Of a DNA stretch of 64,000 bases, positions 9,502 through 18,962 are shown one piece after another (within the stretch, counting starts at the first letter, position 1; each line of letters opens with the position of its first letter). A program made the position numbers and the translations under genes. Source of the stretch: an uncultured Nocardioides sp. (GTDB taxonomy: Bacteria; Actinomycetota; Actinomycetes; Propionibacteriales; Nocardioidaceae); NCBI GenBank assembly GCA_964396585.1, contig CAYNFY010000006.1:223-64222 (forward strand), written 5' to 3'. Below the pieces are notes generated by a model, which saw only the letters and a list, made by a program, of their open reading frames with translations, made no database searches and was not told where the DNA came from.

Positions 9502-9876
9502 TCAGTCGAACTGCAGGGTCACGTCAGGGCTGGAGATCGAGGCGTGTCCCCAATCGCCTTCAAGCTCCCAGCGGTCCTCGGCCGGATTGAACGCGAACGC
9601 GTCGACATTGCCCAAGTCGCCCGAGCCGGAGGCATCGGTGGCAGGCCGCCGTCCGCTGAGGCGTACAACGATGGGGCCTCGAGCTCGAACGCTCAGCCAG
9701 GCAAGGCGGTAGCAATGCCGGTCGCCCGGATTCGGTGGTTGATAGAGCGGATGGTCGGGCGTGAGTACCGTCTCCAGGCGGAGCGACAGCGCGACGGACG
9801 TCGGAGCAACCTCGAGCACCCAGGAGTCTTCTAGGTAGACCCCCGCGAGATCGGAGAACGCCTCGTAGTACTCCAT
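9502..9876 (-). CDS. Hypothetical protein (124 aa), no recognisable domain
   Basis: Open frame with ATG at 9876 (MEYYEAFSDLAGVYLEDSWVLEV...). The upstream part of ORF 9502-10005 is Arg-rich and looks non-coding. Co-directional with higBA. Confidence 0.5.
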   Translation of the reverse strand: MEYYEAFSDLAGVYLEDSWVLEVAPTSVALSLRLETVLTPDHPLYQPPNPGDRHCYRLAWLSVRARGPIVVRLSGRRPATDASGSGDLGNVDAFAFNPAEDRWELEGDWGHASISSPDVTLQFD

Positions 9877-9904
9877 GGACCGAAGTATGCCGGGGCTTGT
9901 CCGA

Positions 9905-10438
9905 TCATTCCGTTGAGTGGCCCCAGTTCGGGCCGACCGCAGCGCCAAACAACGAGCATGCACCGATCGTCCAGGCCGAGCCCGAGGATCCACGAGGCGC
10001 CTCAACCCGCGGGCACCGCTGAAATTCTTGCGGACTATTTGCGGACTGTGGGCATCCGCACCCCATCTGACCTACGGAAACGCGCAGATTCAGACGTTGA
10101 AGCGGAACTGGCGTGAGCACATCGGCGACAAGCCGACCACGTTCGACCCCAACCCAGTCACCCTAGCGATGATGCGACCGCGACGGCTCGAGGAAATCGT
10201 CCCTTCGCATCCTCACCATCGACGGCTCGCCCTCGGCAGTGCTCCGGATCAGGGTGCTCCTGCCTGACCCGGCGTACCCGGACACCCCAATGACGATCGG
10301 CCGCTCAAGTTCCCCGCACCTTCGCCGGATGAGCGCCTTCAGCTGCTCTACGCTCGACAGCGCCAGTTGGCCCCGTGCGTCATGCGACTTGAAAGGGCGT
10401 GATCTCGGCGATCTTGTCCCGCAGGGCACGGCGCTCAA
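9905..10438 (-). pseudogene. Degenerate P-loop nucleoside/nucleotide-kinase-like gene with an in-frame TAG
   Basis: ERPIVIGVSGYAGSGRSTL (Walker A) ... MRRDDFLEP, then TAG at 10163-10165. ORF 9905-10120 continues in the same frame (10438-10120 = 318 = 3 x 106). The only possible starts (TTG 10438, GTG 10429) lie inside higA. Confidence 0.4.
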
Positions 10439-10700
10439 GCCGCAGTTCGTAGTTCGACTGCAGGTTCATCCACATCTCCTCGGATGTCCCGAAGTAGCGC
10501 GCCAAGCGGATCGCCGTGTCCGCCGTGATGCCACGTTTGCCGTGCACGATCTCGTTGATCCGCCGCGGCGGAACTCCGATCGACACAGCCAGCTTGTTCT
10601 GAGTGATCCCGAAGCCCTCGATGAAGTCCTCCATCAGGATCTCTCCTGGGTGGATCGGCTCGATCAGATCAGCCTCAGTGATAGTCGACGAGTTCGACAT
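10380..10700 (-). CDS. higA: HigA-family antitoxin (XRE-type HTH)
   Basis: IEPIHPGEILMEDFIEGFGITQNKLAVSIGVPPRRINEIVHGKRGITADTAIRLARYFGTS is the classic HigA/VapI signature. It lies downstream of the toxin gene. Confidence 0.85.
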   Translation of the reverse strand: MSNSSTITEADLIEPIHPGEILMEDFIEGFGITQNKLAVSIGVPPRRINEIVHGKRGITADTAIRLARYFGTSEEMWMNLQSNYELRLERRALRDKIAEITPFQVA

Positions 10701-10956
10701 TGTCTACACCTCCATCTCTCCAGACGAAGCAGAGACGCCACTGCGCGTTCACACGAATGCTGTGCTCACCACGACGGTCGCCCACCAATCGCTCCAGCCG
10801 GTTCCCGGGAGGAATCCGGAGATCCTCCACGACCTTGGCCGCATGGATGAGTTCGAGCTTCCGCAGGGTCGCCCGTTGCACCGTTCGATCGACGCCCTTG
10901 ACGTACTGCTCATGCCAGATGCGTTCGGTGTCCTTGCTCCCGAACGATCTGATCAC
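10675..10956 (-). CDS. higB: HigB-family toxin (RelE/ParE superfamily, plasmid maintenance system killer)
   Basis: MIRSFGSKDTERIWHEQYVKG...RLERLVGDRRGEHSIRVNAQWRLCFVWRDGGVDNVELVDYH is the typical HigB pattern. The toxin-first order is typical of hig loci. Confidence 0.85.
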   Translation of the reverse strand: MIRSFGSKDTERIWHEQYVKGVDRTVQRATLRKLELIHAAKVVEDLRIPPGNRLERLVGDRRGEHSIRVNAQWRLCFVWRDGGVDNVELVDYH

Positions 10957-10989
10957 ATGACCAGCGTATAACGCGAAGCGTCATTAACG

Positions 10990-12063
10990 CTAGACGTTAA
11001 ATCGGAACTCGACCACGTCGCCGTCGACCATGACGTAGTCCTTGCCCTCCATGCGCACCTTGCCAGCCTCCTTGGCCTTGGCCATCGAACCCGCGACTAC
11101 CAGGTCGTCGAAGGAGACGATCTCGGCCTTGATGAAGCCCTTCTGAAAGTCGGTGTGGATGACTCCGGCGGCCTCGGGGGCGGTGGCGCCCTTCTTGATC
11201 GTCCAGGCCCGGGCCTCCTTGGGCCCGGCGGTCAGGTAGGTCTGCAGACCGAGGGTGTCGAACCCGACCCGGGCCAGCACCTCCAGGCCGGGCTCGGTGA
11301 CGCCCGCCTCGGCCAGGAACTCGGCTGCTTCCTCATCGTCCAGCTCGATCAGCTCGGACTCGAACTTGGCGTCCAGGAAGATCGCTTCGGCCGGGGCGAC
11401 GAGTCCGCTCATCTTGGCCTTGAGGTCCTCGTCCTGCAGTTCCTCGGCGTCGCAGTTGAAGACGTAGATGAACGGCTTGGCGGTCAGCAGCGACAACTCA
11501 CGCAGCAGGTCCCGGTCGATCGAGGTCGCGATGATCGGGGTGCCGGCCTCAAGCGCCTCCTGGGCGGCCTTGGCCGCCTCCAGATTGGCGACGAGCTCCT
11601 TGTTCTTGCGGGACTCCTTCTCCAACCGGAGTACCGACTTCTCGACGGTCTCCAGATCGGCCAGGATCAATTCTGTCTGGATCGTGGAGATGTCGCTGTC
11701 GGGATTGACCTCACCGTCCACATGGGTCACATCCTCATCACGGAACACCCGGGTCACCTGACAGATCGCGGAGGACTCCCGGATATGCGAGAGGAACTTG
11801 TTGCCTAATCCCTCGCCCTGGCTGGCGCCACGCACGATGCCGGCGATGTCCACGAACTCGACGGTCGCCGGAAGCTGCTTCTCCGAACCGAAGATCTCGG
11901 CCAGCTTGCCCAACCGCGCGTCAGGGACCCCGACGACACCGACATTGGGTTCGATCGTCGCGAACGGGTAGTTCGCCGCGAGGACGTCGTTCTTGGTCAG
12001 AGCGTTAAAGAGCGTCGACTTGCCTGCATTGGGGAGTCCGACGATGCCGATGGTGAGTGCCAC
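10990..12063 (-). CDS. ychF: Redox-regulated ribosome-binding ATPase YchF
   Basis: GIVGLPNAGKSTLFNALT, a TGS-like C-terminus and the ending VVEFRFNV. GTG 12063 (VALTIGIVG) is the likely start. Confidence 0.95.
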   Translation of the reverse strand: MALTIGIVGLPNAGKSTLFNALTKNDVLAANYPFATIEPNVGVVGVPDARLGKLAEIFGSEKQLPATVEFVDIAGIVRGASQGEGLGNKFLSHIRESSAICQVTRVFRDEDVTHVDGEVNPDSDISTIQTELILADLETVEKSVLRLEKESRKNKELVANLEAAKAAQEALEAGTPIIATSIDRDLLRELSLLTAKPFIYVFNCDAEELQDEDLKAKMSGLVAPAEAIFLDAKFESELIELDDEEAAEFLAEAGVTEPGLEVLARVGFDTLGLQTYLTAGPKEARAWTIKKGATAPEAAGVIHTDFQKGFIKAEIVSFDDLVVAGSMAKAKEAGKVRMEGKDYVMVDGDVVEFRFNV

Positions 12064-12115
12064 GAGCGTCGAGTCTACGGCGGGAGCGACCTCGCCCCTC
12101 AATCCCGGCCCCCGC

Positions 12116-12718
12116 TCAGCGCAGGTCGCGACGCATCACCAGACGCGGCATCTTGCTGGCCACCGCGTCGGTCACACCAACGACCTCGAATCCCACCGCC
12201 TCGAACATCCCTCGAGTGCCCACGAACGCCATGGTCAGATCCATCCGCCCCTCCGGATCCACCGGGTAGGCCTCGACCACAGGAACTCCCTGACTGCGTG
12301 CATACTCGACCGCCCCGCTCAGCAGGTGGCGGGTCACGCCTTGGCGCCGATGTCCACCACGCACCACCACACAGATCACGCTCCAGACCGGCACCTCGTC
12401 CACCGGTCGGATCAGTTTCGACCGGACCAGCCGAGTGTTGTGGGCACGCGGGCCGATGCTGCACCAACCAACCGGAACCCCGTCGCGGTAGGTGACGACT
12501 CCCTGGGGCTCGCGAGCGGTCAGGGCTCGCATCGCATGCTCCCGCTCCGGTCCCAGATCGCTGATCTCACCGGCCGTGCAGCGGTGCGACAGACACCAGC
12601 AATGAGTGGCGCGCCGATTCGGGTTCACCACGTCAGCGAAGTCCTCGAACCGCTCGGGAGTCACCGGATGTGTCGCCCAGGTCTCGCCAGATTCCTGGAA
12701 TTTGCCTCGGTCGTCCAT
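12116..12718 (-). CDS. GNAT-family N-acetyltransferase
   Basis: VVVRGGHRRQGVTRHLLSGAVEYARSQG (acetyl-CoA binding Q/RxxGxG/A motif). ATG 12718 (MDDRGKF). Confidence 0.8.
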   Translation of the reverse strand: MDDRGKFQESGETWATHPVTPERFEDFADVVNPNRRATHCWCLSHRCTAGEISDLGPEREHAMRALTAREPQGVVTYRDGVPVGWCSIGPRAHNTRLVRSKLIRPVDEVPVWSVICVVVRGGHRRQGVTRHLLSGAVEYARSQGVPVVEAYPVDPEGRMDLTMAFVGTRGMFEAVGFEVVGVTDAVASKMPRLVMRRDLR

Positions 12719-12770
12719 GACCTCATCGAAACAGACGGCGCCCCAACGGGCTCGCCTCACCCAACCTGGG

Positions 12771-13811
12771 TCAGCCGCCGAGGGCGGGCAGCACCTCGCG
12801 GGAGAAGGCATCCAGGAAGGCCGCCTGGTTGGTCCCGACGTTGTGTACGAAGACCCGGTCATAGCCCAGGGACAGGTAGCGGTTGATCTCGGCCAGGTGA
12901 GCGGAGGGATCCGCGCTGATCACCAGCCGGCCGGCCAGGTCCTCGGGTCGCACCAGCTTGGCGATCTGCTCGATCAGTTGCGGGGAGCGCAGGTCGCCAC
13001 GGGCGAAGCGCATGGCACCGATCGGGTAGCAGGCCAATGCTTGAGCCAGGGCGTCCTCGTCGGTGCCTGCCCAGCTCAGGTTCAGATGGACCCAGGCGGG
13101 CTTCGATGCCGGATCCCGCCCGGCCTCCGCTACCCCGACCCGGAAGCGGTCGATCAGTACCGCCGCCTGATCAACCGAGGCTCCTACCGCCAACAACCCG
13201 TCGGCGGTGCGCCCCGCGCGGCGGGCGGTGACCGGTCCCCCGGTGGCCACCAGTACCCGCGGCGCCCGCTGTGGAAGGCTCCACAAACGGGTCGTCTCGC
13301 AGGTGAAATGCTCCCCGGAGTAGCGCAGTTCCCGCCCGGCGAGCGACTCCTTGAAGAGCCGCCGGATCAGCTCGACGGCCTCGAAGAGCCGGTTGATCCG
13401 CTCGGGCGCCTCAGGCCAGTAGCCGCCGGTCACGTGCTCGTGGAGCGCCTCCCCGGCGCTCAGCGTCAGCCAGTGTCGTCCGGGGTGGAGGGCCGCCAGG
13501 GTGGCGCTCGCCTGGGCGATCGAGACCGGATGCATCCGAGCCCCCGCCACCGCCATACCGGGGCCGAAGTCCGACCTGGTCCGCTCGGCGATCGCCCCCA
13601 GCAGTGGCCAGACCTGTGGCGCCTGACCCAACGAGGGGAGCCAGGGCTGGAACAGATCCGCCGCCATGGTGCCGACGAATCCCGCCTGCTCGGCCAGCAC
13701 GGTCAGGTCGACCACCTCGCGCGGGGTGACTCGGTCGACCGGCGCGACATATCCGACCTGGTGGTGTGGCACGGAGTCATCGTAGAACGAAGGTGCGATT
13801 CGATTGTTCAC
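12771..13811 (-). CDS. LLM-class (luciferase-like) flavin/F420-dependent oxidoreductase
   Basis: 346 aa. The pattern LFQPW...GPGMAV...MHPVSIAQASATLAALHPGRHWLTLSAGEALHEHVTGGYWP is typical of the F420-dependent LLM family. The GTG start overlaps the ABC ATPase stop (GTGA). Confidence 0.8.
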   Translation of the reverse strand: MNNRIAPSFYDDSVPHHQVGYVAPVDRVTPREVVDLTVLAEQAGFVGTMAADLFQPWLPSLGQAPQVWPLLGAIAERTRSDFGPGMAVAGARMHPVSIAQASATLAALHPGRHWLTLSAGEALHEHVTGGYWPEAPERINRLFEAVELIRRLFKESLAGRELRYSGEHFTCETTRLWSLPQRAPRVLVATGGPVTARRAGRTADGLLAVGASVDQAAVLIDRFRVGVAEAGRDPASKPAWVHLNLSWAGTDEDALAQALACYPIGAMRFARGDLRSPQLIEQIAKLVRPEDLAGRLVISADPSAHLAEINRYLSLGYDRVFVHNVGTNQAAFLDAFSREVLPALGG

Positions 13812-14584
13812 GAGAAGGCAATCAACGGCCGTCCGGTGCGGGGATGGGTCAGTACATCGGCCACTACCCCGTAGGTGCGCGAGATCACCTCGGGGGTCAG
13901 CACCTCGTCGATGCCACCCACCGCACGCACCTCGCCCCCGGTCAAGATCACCACCTGGTCGCAGAACTGAGCGGCCAGGTTGAGGTCGTGCAGCGCGGCC
14001 ACCACCGTCATCCCCGATGCGGCCAGGTCGCGCATCAGACCCAGGGTGCTCAATTGGGCCTTCACGTCGAGGTGATTGGTGGGCTCGTCCAGCATCAGCA
14101 GTCGCGGCTGCTGGGCCAGGGCCCGGGCCAGGTGTACCCGCTGCCGTTCACCACCCGACAGCGTCCCCAGCTGGCGACCGGCCAATTCCTCGGCACCGGC
14201 CGCCTTGATCGCCTCGGCCACCGCATCCACGTCGCCGGGCGCGTCGAATCCCCACAACGAGCGGTGCGGGGTACGTCCCAGGTCGACGGCTTGGCGCACG
14301 GTGAGCGCGAACTCGCTCTGGGAGTCCTGCTCGACCAGGGCCAGTACCCTGGCCCGATCCCGGCGACCGAGTGCCAACAGGTCGCTCTCCCCCAGCCGTA
14401 CCGAACCGTCCGCGATGGGCTGTACCCCGGCCATCGCCCGTAGCAGGGTGGACTTCCCGGCACCATTGGGCCCGACCAGCGCGATCACCCGACCGGTCGG
14501 CACCTCGAAGGTGGCACCGGGCACGATCACCGTGCCGGCCACCTGGACCCGGATCCCGCTGACCTGAAGCAGTTCGGTGCTCAT
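13808..14584 (-). CDS. ABC transporter ATP-binding protein (iron-chelate FecE/FepC type)
   Basis: [43 protein letters not shown]. Confidence 0.9.
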   Translation of the reverse strand: MSTELLQVSGIRVQVAGTVIVPGATFEVPTGRVIALVGPNGAGKSTLLRAMAGVQPIADGSVRLGESDLLALGRRDRARVLALVEQDSQSEFALTVRQAVDLGRTPHRSLWGFDAPGDVDAVAEAIKAAGAEELAGRQLGTLSGGERQRVHLARALAQQPRLLMLDEPTNHLDVKAQLSTLGLMRDLAASGMTVVAALHDLNLAAQFCDQVVILTGGEVRAVGGIDEVLTPEVISRTYGVVADVLTHPRTGRPLIAFS

Positions 14585-15654
14585 GCCCGCTCCCTGTTCT
14601 TCAGCAGGACGGCCACGAAGACCGGTGCCCCGACCAGCACGGTGATGATGCCGACCGGTAGCTCGCGCGGGTCGAACAACGTGCGTGCGGCGGTGTCGAC
14701 CCAGATCATGAAGACCGCGCCGATCAACGCGGACAGGGGTAACAGCAGACGATGCCGGGCACCCACGACCAACCGCACCGCATTGGGCAGGACCAGCCCG
14801 ACGAATCCGATCGACCCGCTGACCGCGACCATCGCACCGGTCAGCAGCGCGGTACCGGTCAGCAGCAGCCAGCGGGCCGTCGCGACCGGGATGCCCAGGC
14901 TCGCTGCGGCGGTGTCGCCGAACGCGAACGCGTCCAGTACCCGGCCCGACAGCAGTACCGGGATGCCGATCACGAGCAGAGTGATCCAGGCGATCTTCAC
15001 CGATGACCAGTCGCTGCCGGCCAGGGAGCCGAGCAGCCAGTTGAGTACCTGCCGGTACGAGTCGCCCTGGGCGTTGACGAAGATCAGCAGCGAGGTGATC
15101 GCTCCCGCGAAGGACGACACCGCCAGCCCGGCCAGCACGGTACGACTCGGTGTGATCACCCCCAGGGCCCGGGCCAGCGTCAGCGTGGCCGCCAGCGCCA
15201 GCATCGCGCCGGCGAAGGCCGCCAGCGGCAGCATCACCGACATCCCGGTCAACAGCACCAGCACGGCTCCGGTGGAGGCTCCGGAGGAGAGTCCCAGCAA
15301 GAAGGGGTCGGCCAACGGATTGCGGGTCAATGCCTGCATCACGGCACCGCTCACCGCCAGGCCCGCACCTACCGCGACTGCGGTCAGCACCCGCGGCAGC
15401 CGTAGCTCCCAGACGATCCCATCACGTAGTTGCGACAGGTCGCTGGAGGTGAGGTGCAGGTGATGACCGATCGAACGCCACACCTCGCCGGCGCTCAGGT
15501 CCGAGGGACCGATCGCGACCGCCACCAGTACCGACCCACCGAGCAAAAGCAGCAGCGCCGGCAGCAGTACGAGCACCGTCAGCCAGCCACGAACCCCGCC
15601 CCGGGCAACGCCCGACGCAGGAACCGCGGTGACATCGGGAAGGGTCGCGGTCAT
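14581..15654 (-). CDS. FecCD-family iron-chelate ABC permease
   Basis: 357-aa polytopic membrane protein with the FecCD-like pattern (RLPRVLTAVAVGAGLAVSGAVMQALTRNPLADP). ATGA overlap with the ATPase gene. Confidence 0.9.
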   Translation of the reverse strand: MTATLPDVTAVPASGVARGGVRGWLTVLVLLPALLLLLGGSVLVAVAIGPSDLSAGEVWRSIGHHLHLTSSDLSQLRDGIVWELRLPRVLTAVAVGAGLAVSGAVMQALTRNPLADPFLLGLSSGASTGAVLVLLTGMSVMLPLAAFAGAMLALAATLTLARALGVITPSRTVLAGLAVSSFAGAITSLLIFVNAQGDSYRQVLNWLLGSLAGSDWSSVKIAWITLLVIGIPVLLSGRVLDAFAFGDTAAASLGIPVATARWLLLTGTALLTGAMVAVSGSIGFVGLVLPNAVRLVVGARHRLLLPLSALIGAVFMIWVDTAARTLFDPRELPVGIITVLVGAPVFVAVLLKNRERA

Positions 15655-15661
15655 CGATGTC

Positions 15662-16660
15662 TCAGCTTCCGACCAGACCCAGATCGGCCAGCCCGGAGGA
15701 GAGGGTGGTGGCTGCGGAAACCGACCTCACCCCGGCCTCGGCGGCCGGGAACGGGATGACCAGGTAGCGCTTGTGCCGAACCGCGCTGAGGTTCGCGGTG
15801 GCCTTGTTGGACTCGAGTGCCTTGATCTTGTCGCTCGCGGTGTTCCAGGCGGCGTCGACCAGCACGATCACATCCGGGTCGGCCGCCACGATCGGCTCCC
15901 AGCCCATCGAGGTCCAGGTGTTCTGTACGTCTTTGGCGATGTTCTCCAGCCCGACCGCGTCCATCACCATCTGCGGAGCCCCGATCCCGGCGCCGACGAA
16001 CGGGGTGTCCTCACCCGAGGACCACCACAGCGCGGTGGTGCCGGGCACGGCCTTGGTGACCTCGGCCAGCTCGGCCCGCTGACGGGCGACGAGCTCGTCG
16101 GCGGCCTGAGTCGCGTCGAAGATCCGCCCCGCCGTCTGGAACTCGTCGAAGAGCTTGTCGTAGGTCATCGGGTTCGGCTGATACTCGGGCTCCTGGCAGG
16201 CCGCCGGAGAGACGTAGGAGTCGACGCCGAGCTTGGCCAGGGTGTCCCGCTCGCCTGCGGTGTCTGCGGCCAGATTGGACTCCCACCCGGCGAAGACCAG
16301 GTCGGGCTCCTCGGCCAGGGTCGCCTCCTGGTTGGGTGCCTGGTCCGAGATCACGGGCAGGGTGACCTCCTGACCGGTGTTCGGGTCCACGATCGGGCCG
16401 TCGTTGAAGGCGGTACCGACGATCTTGTTCCGCTGCCCCAGGGCCAGGGCGAGCTCGACGCTGGTGGACTTGATCGTGACGATCCGCTCGGGCGCGGCCT
16501 CGAAGGTGACCTCGGTACCGCAGTTATCGACGGTGAAGGGATACCCCTCGCTTCTCGAGGTGGCAGTCGAACCATCCTCGGCGCTCTTCTCGGTGTCGTC
16601 ACCGCACGCGGTCAGCGGTAGCAGGACGAGTAGGGGCAGGATGATCAGGGAACGCTTCAC
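15662..16660 (-). CDS. ABC transporter periplasmic-binding lipoprotein (iron-siderophore/cobalamin class)
   Basis: Lipobox LLPLTACGDD after GTG 16660 (VKRSLIILPLLVLL). First gene of the permease/ATPase operon. Confidence 0.85.
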   Translation of the reverse strand: MKRSLIILPLLVLLPLTACGDDTEKSAEDGSTATSRSEGYPFTVDNCGTEVTFEAAPERIVTIKSTSVELALALGQRNKIVGTAFNDGPIVDPNTGQEVTLPVISDQAPNQEATLAEEPDLVFAGWESNLAADTAGERDTLAKLGVDSYVSPAACQEPEYQPNPMTYDKLFDEFQTAGRIFDATQAADELVARQRAELAEVTKAVPGTTALWWSSGEDTPFVGAGIGAPQMVMDAVGLENIAKDVQNTWTSMGWEPIVAADPDVIVLVDAAWNTASDKIKALESNKATANLSAVRHKRYLVIPFPAAEAGVRSVSAATTLSSGLADLGLVGS

Positions 16661-16832
16661 TGGATTCTCCGGAATCTTCACAGGGCAGGGTGACGGGGCG
16701 TAGCGCCACAGGTCGGCGCACGCACGGATCAACCGCCCCCAAGTCCGGGGTCGACATCGAGCGAAGTCCCGCTCCGATGGATCGATGTGAGCCTAGCCGA
16801 GTCGAGTCGGGTCCATGTGAAAGGGTCGAAGG

Positions 16833-17372
16833 GTGAGTCCAGGTGTGAACGGTTCCGATTCTTCCGCAACTACCCCGGAGGGGACTCCGGTGGCATTACG
16901 GGAACCGGCGCACCAGGTCTGCCCGCGGGCCGTGACCTACTGGCGGATCCAGGGACTGATCGAGTTCGTCGTCGAGCTGGTGGTCGTGGTGGTCGTCCTC
17001 TTCGTCTGGTCCGACCGACCCGGATGGGTGCTGCCACTGGCCCTGCTGCTCCTGGCGGCCTCGCTGATCGTGAGCATGGTCGTCCCCTCCATCCGGTTCC
17101 GGGTGCATCGTTGGGAGGTCGACGACATGGCCGTGCACACCCGATCCGGCTGGCTCAACGTCGACAGCCGGATCGCACCGCTGAACCGGGTACAGACCGT
17201 GGACTCCCAGCAGGGCCCGTTGATGCGCCTCTTCGGCCTGGCCTCGCTGACCGTCACCACGGCCTCGGCCGCCGGACCGGTCGAGATCGTCGGTCTCGAT
17301 GCCCAGGACGCCCGACGACTGGTCACCCGCCTCACCGAGATCACCGGCGCCATCGAGGGTGACGCCACGTGA
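16833..17372 (+). CDS. Membrane protein with bacterial PH domain (YdbS-like, bPH_2)
   Basis: Two TM helices followed by RFRVHRWEVDDMAVHTRSGWLNVDSRIAPLNRVQTVDSQQGPLMRLFGLASLTV. Confidence 0.75.
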   Translation: MSPGVNGSDSSATTPEGTPVALREPAHQVCPRAVTYWRIQGLIEFVVELVVVVVVLFVWSDRPGWVLPLALLLLAASLIVSMVVPSIRFRVHRWEVDDMAVHTRSGWLNVDSRIAPLNRVQTVDSQQGPLMRLFGLASLTVTTASAAGPVEIVGLDAQDARRLVTRLTEITGAIEGDAT

Positions 17373-18952
17373 GCGAGAGCGAGTCCCCCGCCGATGTCAC
17401 CACGGAACTCGAGACCGAACTCGGCCTCACCGAAGAGAACTGGCAGCGGCTCAGCCCTCGCAAGCTATTGATCGACCCGATCGGAATCCTGCGCAGCGCG
17501 CTGGTTCCCCTGGTGGTGGCCCTGGTGGGCATCGGCAGCCAGGATCTGCGCCTGCTGTGGTTCACGCCGCTGGCCCTAGTGGTCGTGGGTGGGATCGGCC
17601 TGGTGCCGTACCTGACCACCTTCTATCGGATCACGGGCAGCCAGTTCCAGTTGCGCAAGGGGTTGTTGAACAAGTCGACCAATACCGCGCCCCTGGACCG
17701 GATCCGCAGCGTCGACCTGGAGTCCACGCTGCTACACCGGGCTCTAGGAGTGGCCAAGGTGCAGATCGGGACCGGGGTCGACGACGAGCGGATGGTGCTG
17801 GACTCCCTCGACCGTGCCGAGGCCGAAGGCCTGAGGCGCCTCCTATTGGTCCGCCGTGACGCCGTGCTGGCCGGCGAGCAGCCTGCCGCCGCCACCGGAT
17901 CGGGAACGGAACCGCAGCCCGGGTCCGAGCACGCGAGCGAGCCGGCTGAAGAGATCAGCCGTTTCGATCTGTCCTGGTCCCGCTACGCACCCTTCAGTCT
18001 GAGCCGGATGGTGGTACTGCTCGGCGCCCTCGGTGTGCTCTGGCAGTTCCTGAGCCAGGTCTCCCTGTTCAGCACCGACGATGTGGACTCGGCCTGGGAG
18101 TGGGTCAACGGATTCGCCGTGCTGGCGATCATCGCGGTCGCGATCGTCGGTTTCGTGGTGGTGTGGGTGCTGGTGGCAGTGGTCGGTTACATCACTCAAT
18201 GGTGGGACTATCGCCTGGTCCGCGAGAACGGTTCCCTGCATGTATCGAACGGGCTGTTCACCACCCGAGCGATGAGCATCGAGGAGAAGCGGGTGCGCGG
18301 CGTTCGGCTCGCCGAGACGGTGCTGATGCGGCTGGTCGGCGGAGCCGACCTGGCGACCCTGTCGACCGGTACCCAGAACGGCACCGCCCAGGTGGTTCCG
18401 CCCTGCCCCAGCCTGGTGGCGCGGCGGGTGGGCGACCGGATCCTCGAAGACCACACTCCGCTGTCGATACCGATGGCTACGCACGGGCCGAGGGCACTAC
18501 GCCGCTCGCTCCTACGCGGACTGTGGGCGACGTGGGCCCTGGCGCTGATCACCGCGCTCCTGTTCATCGGACTGCCGGGTGACTTCGGCACCTGGCTCGA
18601 CGACCACATCGACCCGCTCTGGGTACTCGGCGCGATGATCGCGGCGGCCGTCGTCGGCCTGCTGGCCGGTTGGGCCACCTACCGGCACCTGGGGCACGCG
18701 GTCACAAGACGGCACCTGGTCGCCGGGAGCGGGATCCTGACCCGGCGCCGTACCGTGCTGGAGACCGACGGGATCATCGGCTGGGTGGTCCACGAGAGTT
18801 GGTTCCAGCGTCGCTTCGAGCTGGCCACCCTGGTGGCCACCACAGCCGCCGGTGATGAGCGGGTGCGGATACGCGACGTCGACCGTTCCGAGGCGCTGCG
18901 GGTGATGTGGGCTTGCACCCCGACCGTGCTGGCTCCGTTCGCGGCCGAATAG
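17369..18952 (+). CDS. Membrane protein with repeated bacterial PH domains (YdbT-like)
   Basis: Three repeats of the bPH_2-like pattern (for example LDRIRSVDLESTLLHRALGVAKVQIGTG). GTGA overlap with the preceding gene. Confidence 0.75.
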   Translation: MSESESPADVTTELETELGLTEENWQRLSPRKLLIDPIGILRSALVPLVVALVGIGSQDLRLLWFTPLALVVVGGIGLVPYLTTFYRITGSQFQLRKGLLNKSTNTAPLDRIRSVDLESTLLHRALGVAKVQIGTGVDDERMVLDSLDRAEAEGLRRLLLVRRDAVLAGEQPAAATGSGTEPQPGSEHASEPAEEISRFDLSWSRYAPFSLSRMVVLLGALGVLWQFLSQVSLFSTDDVDSAWEWVNGFAVLAIIAVAIVGFVVVWVLVAVVGYITQWWDYRLVRENGSLHVSNGLFTTRAMSIEEKRVRGVRLAETVLMRLVGGADLATLSTGTQNGTAQVVPPCPSLVARRVGDRILEDHTPLSIPMATHGPRALRRSLLRGLWATWALALITALLFIGLPGDFGTWLDDHIDPLWVLGAMIAAAVVGLLAGWATYRHLGHAVTRRHLVAGSGILTRRRTVLETDGIIGWVVHESWFQRRFELATLVATTAAGDERVRIRDVDRSEALRVMWACTPTVLAPFAAE

Positions 18953-18962
18953 GGTGTGAGTC

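Noticed and set aside
16661-16832. Cobalamin riboswitch or IdeR/DtxR iron box in the leader of the siderophore-type importer.
   Set aside because: No B12 box (GCCACTG-type) was found. The best IdeR-like match (16783-16801, CTCGGCTAGGCTCACATCG on the minus strand) agrees with TTAGGTTAGGCTAACCTAA at only about 12/19 positions.
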